Shown here: one piece after another, positions 61,421-64,000 of the stretch
Layout: every line of letters starts with the position of its first letter
Position numbering within the stretch: position 1 is the first letter of the stretch
Source of the DNA: Hypanus sabinus
Lineage: Eukaryota
Direction of reading: 5' to 3'
NCBI RefSeq assembly: GCF_030144855.1
Contig: NC_082731.1
Span: 31,930,001-31,994,000 of the forward strand
Length of the DNA stretch: 64,000 nt
Notes under the pieces: generated by a model
Database searches by the model: none
Seen by the model: only the letters and a program-made list of their open reading frames with translations
What the model was told of the DNA's origin: nothing
Translations under genes and position numbers: made by a program

Positions 61421-64000
61421 ATCCGTCCCACCACTCACCTATCCCCTCATATACAGACAGGCCCCCTCCCCACCGCTCACCCATCCCCTCATATACACAG
61501 GACCCCTCCCCACCGCTCACCCATCCCCTCATATACACAGGACCCCTCCCCCCCGCTCACCCATCCCCTCATATACAGACAGGCCCCCTCCCCACCGCTC
61601 ACCCATCCCCTCATATACAGACAGGCCCCTCCCCACCGCTCACCCATCCCCTCATATACAGACAGGCCCCTCCCCACCGCTCACCCATCCCCTCATATAC
61701 AGACAGGCCCCTCCCCACCCCTCACCCATCCCCTGATATACAGACAGGCCCCTCCCCACCGCTCACCTATCCCCTGATATACTGACAGGCCCCCCCCACC
61801 GCTCACCTATCCCCTGATATACAGACAGGCCCCCCCACCACTCACCCATCCCCTCATATACAGACAGGCCCCTCCCCACCGCTCACCTATCCCCTGATAT
61901 ACTGACAGGCCCCCCCCACCGCTCATCCATCCCCTGATATACAGACAGGCCCCTCCCCACCGCTCACCCATTCCCTCATATACAGACAGGCCCCTCCCAC
62001 CGCTCACCCATCCCCTCATATACAGACAGGCCCCTCCCCACCGCTCACCTATCCCCTGATATACTGACAGGCCCCCCTCCCCACCGCTCACCCATCCCCT
62101 CATATACAGACAGGCCCCTCCCCACCGCTCACCTATCCCCTGATATACTGACAGGCCCCCCCACCGCTCACCTATCCCCTGATATACAGACAGGCCCCCC
62201 CCACCGCTCACCCATCCCCTCATATACAGACAGGCCCCTCCCACCGCTCACCTATCCCCTGATATACTGACAGGCCCCCCCCACCGCTCACCTATCCCCT
62301 GATATACTGACAGGCCCCCCCACCGCTCACCTATCCCCTGATATACTGACAGGCCCCCCCCACCGCTCACCTATCCCCTGATATACAGACAGGCCCCTCC
62401 CCTCGCTCACCTATCCCCTGATATACAGACAGGCCCCTCCCCACCGCTCACCCATCCCCTCATATACAGACAGGCCCCTCCCCACCGCTCACCTATCCCC
62501 TGATATACTGACAGGCCCCCCCCACCGCTCACCTATCCCCTGATATACAGACAGGCCCCCCCCACCGCTCACCCATCCCCTGATATACAGACAGGCCCCC
62601 CCCCCACCGCTCACCCATCCCCTCATATACAGACAGGCCCCTCCCCACCGCTCACCCATCCCCTCATATACAGACAGGCCCCCCCCCCACCGCTCACCCA
62701 TCCCCTGATATACAGACAGGCCCCTCCCCACCGCTCACCCATCCCCTCATATACAGACAGGCCCCCCTCCCCACCGCTCACCCATCCCCTGATATACAGA
62801 CAGGCCCCCCCCCCACCGCTCACCCATCCCCTCATATACACAGGACCCCTCCCCACAGCTCACCTATCCCCTCATATACACAGGACCCCTCCCCACCGCT
62901 CACCTATCCCCTCATATACAGACAGGCCCCCTCCCCCCGCTCACCCATCCCCTCATATACAGACAGGCCCCTCCCCACTGCTCACCCAACTCCTGATATA
63001 CTGACAGGCCCCCCCCCCACCGCTCACCCATCCCCTCATATACAGACAGGCCCCCCCCCCCACCGCTCACCTATCCCCTCATATACACAGGACCCCTCCC
63101 CACCGCTCACCTATCCCCTCATATACAGACAGGCCCCCTCCCCCCGCTCACCCATCCCCTCATATACAGACAGGCCCCTCCCCACCGCTCACCTATCCCC
63201 TCATATTCAGACAGGCCCCCTCCCCACCGCTCACCCATCCCCTGATATACAGACAGGCCCCCCCCACCGCTCACCCATCCCCTCATATACACAGGACCCC
63301 TCCCCACCGCTCACCTATCCCCTCATATACAGACAGGCCCCCCCCCACCGCTCACCCATCCCCTCATATACAGACAAGCCCCCCCCCCCCCCACCGCTCA
63401 CCCATCCCCTGATATACAGACAGGCCCCCTCCCCACTGCTCACCCATCCCCTCATATACAGACAGGCCCCCCCCCACCGCTCACCCATCCCCTCATATAC
63501 AGACAGGCCCCCTCCCCACCGCTCACCCATCCCCTCATATACAGACAGGCCCCCCTCCCCACCGCTCACCCATCCCCTCATATACAGACAGGCCCCCTCC
63601 CCACCGCTCACCCATCCCCTCATACACAGACAGGCCCCCTCCCCACCGCTCACCCATCCCCTCATATACAGACAGGCCCCCTCCCCACCACTCACCCATC
63701 CCCTCATATACAGACAGGCCCCCTCCCCCCGCTCACCCATCCCCTCATATACAGACAGGCCCCCTCCCCACCGCTCACCCATCCCCTCATACACAGTCAG
63801 GCCCCTCCCCTCGCTCACCCATCCCCTGATATACAGACAGGCCCCCTCCCCACCGCTCACCCATCCCCTCATACACAGACAGGCCCCTCCCCTCGCTCAC
63901 CCATCCCCTGATATACAGACAGGCCCCTTCCCCCGCTCACCTATCCCCTCATATACAGACAGGCCCCTCCCCTCGCTCACCCATCCCCTGATATACAGAC
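61420..64000. repeat. About 40-42-bp C-rich/G-rich minisatellite running off the window end
   Basis: Unit CCCCACCGCTCACCCATCCCCTCATATACAGACAGGCCCCCT with variable C-runs. Confidence 0.95.

Overview
Repeat-dense vertebrate genomic DNA. The CR1/Rex1/Tx1 landscape suggests a cartilaginous fish, probably a ray (inference). Host genes read from the sequence: (1) METTL3 exons 1-4 on the minus strand (ATG at 9888), running off the left edge. (2) An intact five-exon immunoglobulin-superfamily gene on the plus strand, head-to-head with METTL3 (12191-32594, about 407 aa). It has a leader, a single germline-joined V+J-like exon, two C1 exons and a transmembrane exon with a Lys and a short tail; no recombination signal sequences were found. 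It looks like a non-rearranging antigen-receptor-like or SIRP-beta-like receptor beside a classic TCR alpha/delta flanking gene. (3) An isolated, fully conserved METTL3 penultimate exon (exon 10, 57111-57223) lying upstream of exon 1 on the same strand, with no recognisable last exon. It implies a second METTL3 copy or an assembly rearrangement. The rest is mobile DNA and tandem repeats: a full-length Tx1 LINE inserted with a 17-bp TSD into a 52-bp satellite, Rex1-like and CR1 LINEs, a Tc1 transposon, mariner-like and Harbinger-like MITEs, tRNA-derived SINEs and several related minisatellites. All coordinates, splice phases and alignments were worked out by hand; repeat boundaries are approximate.
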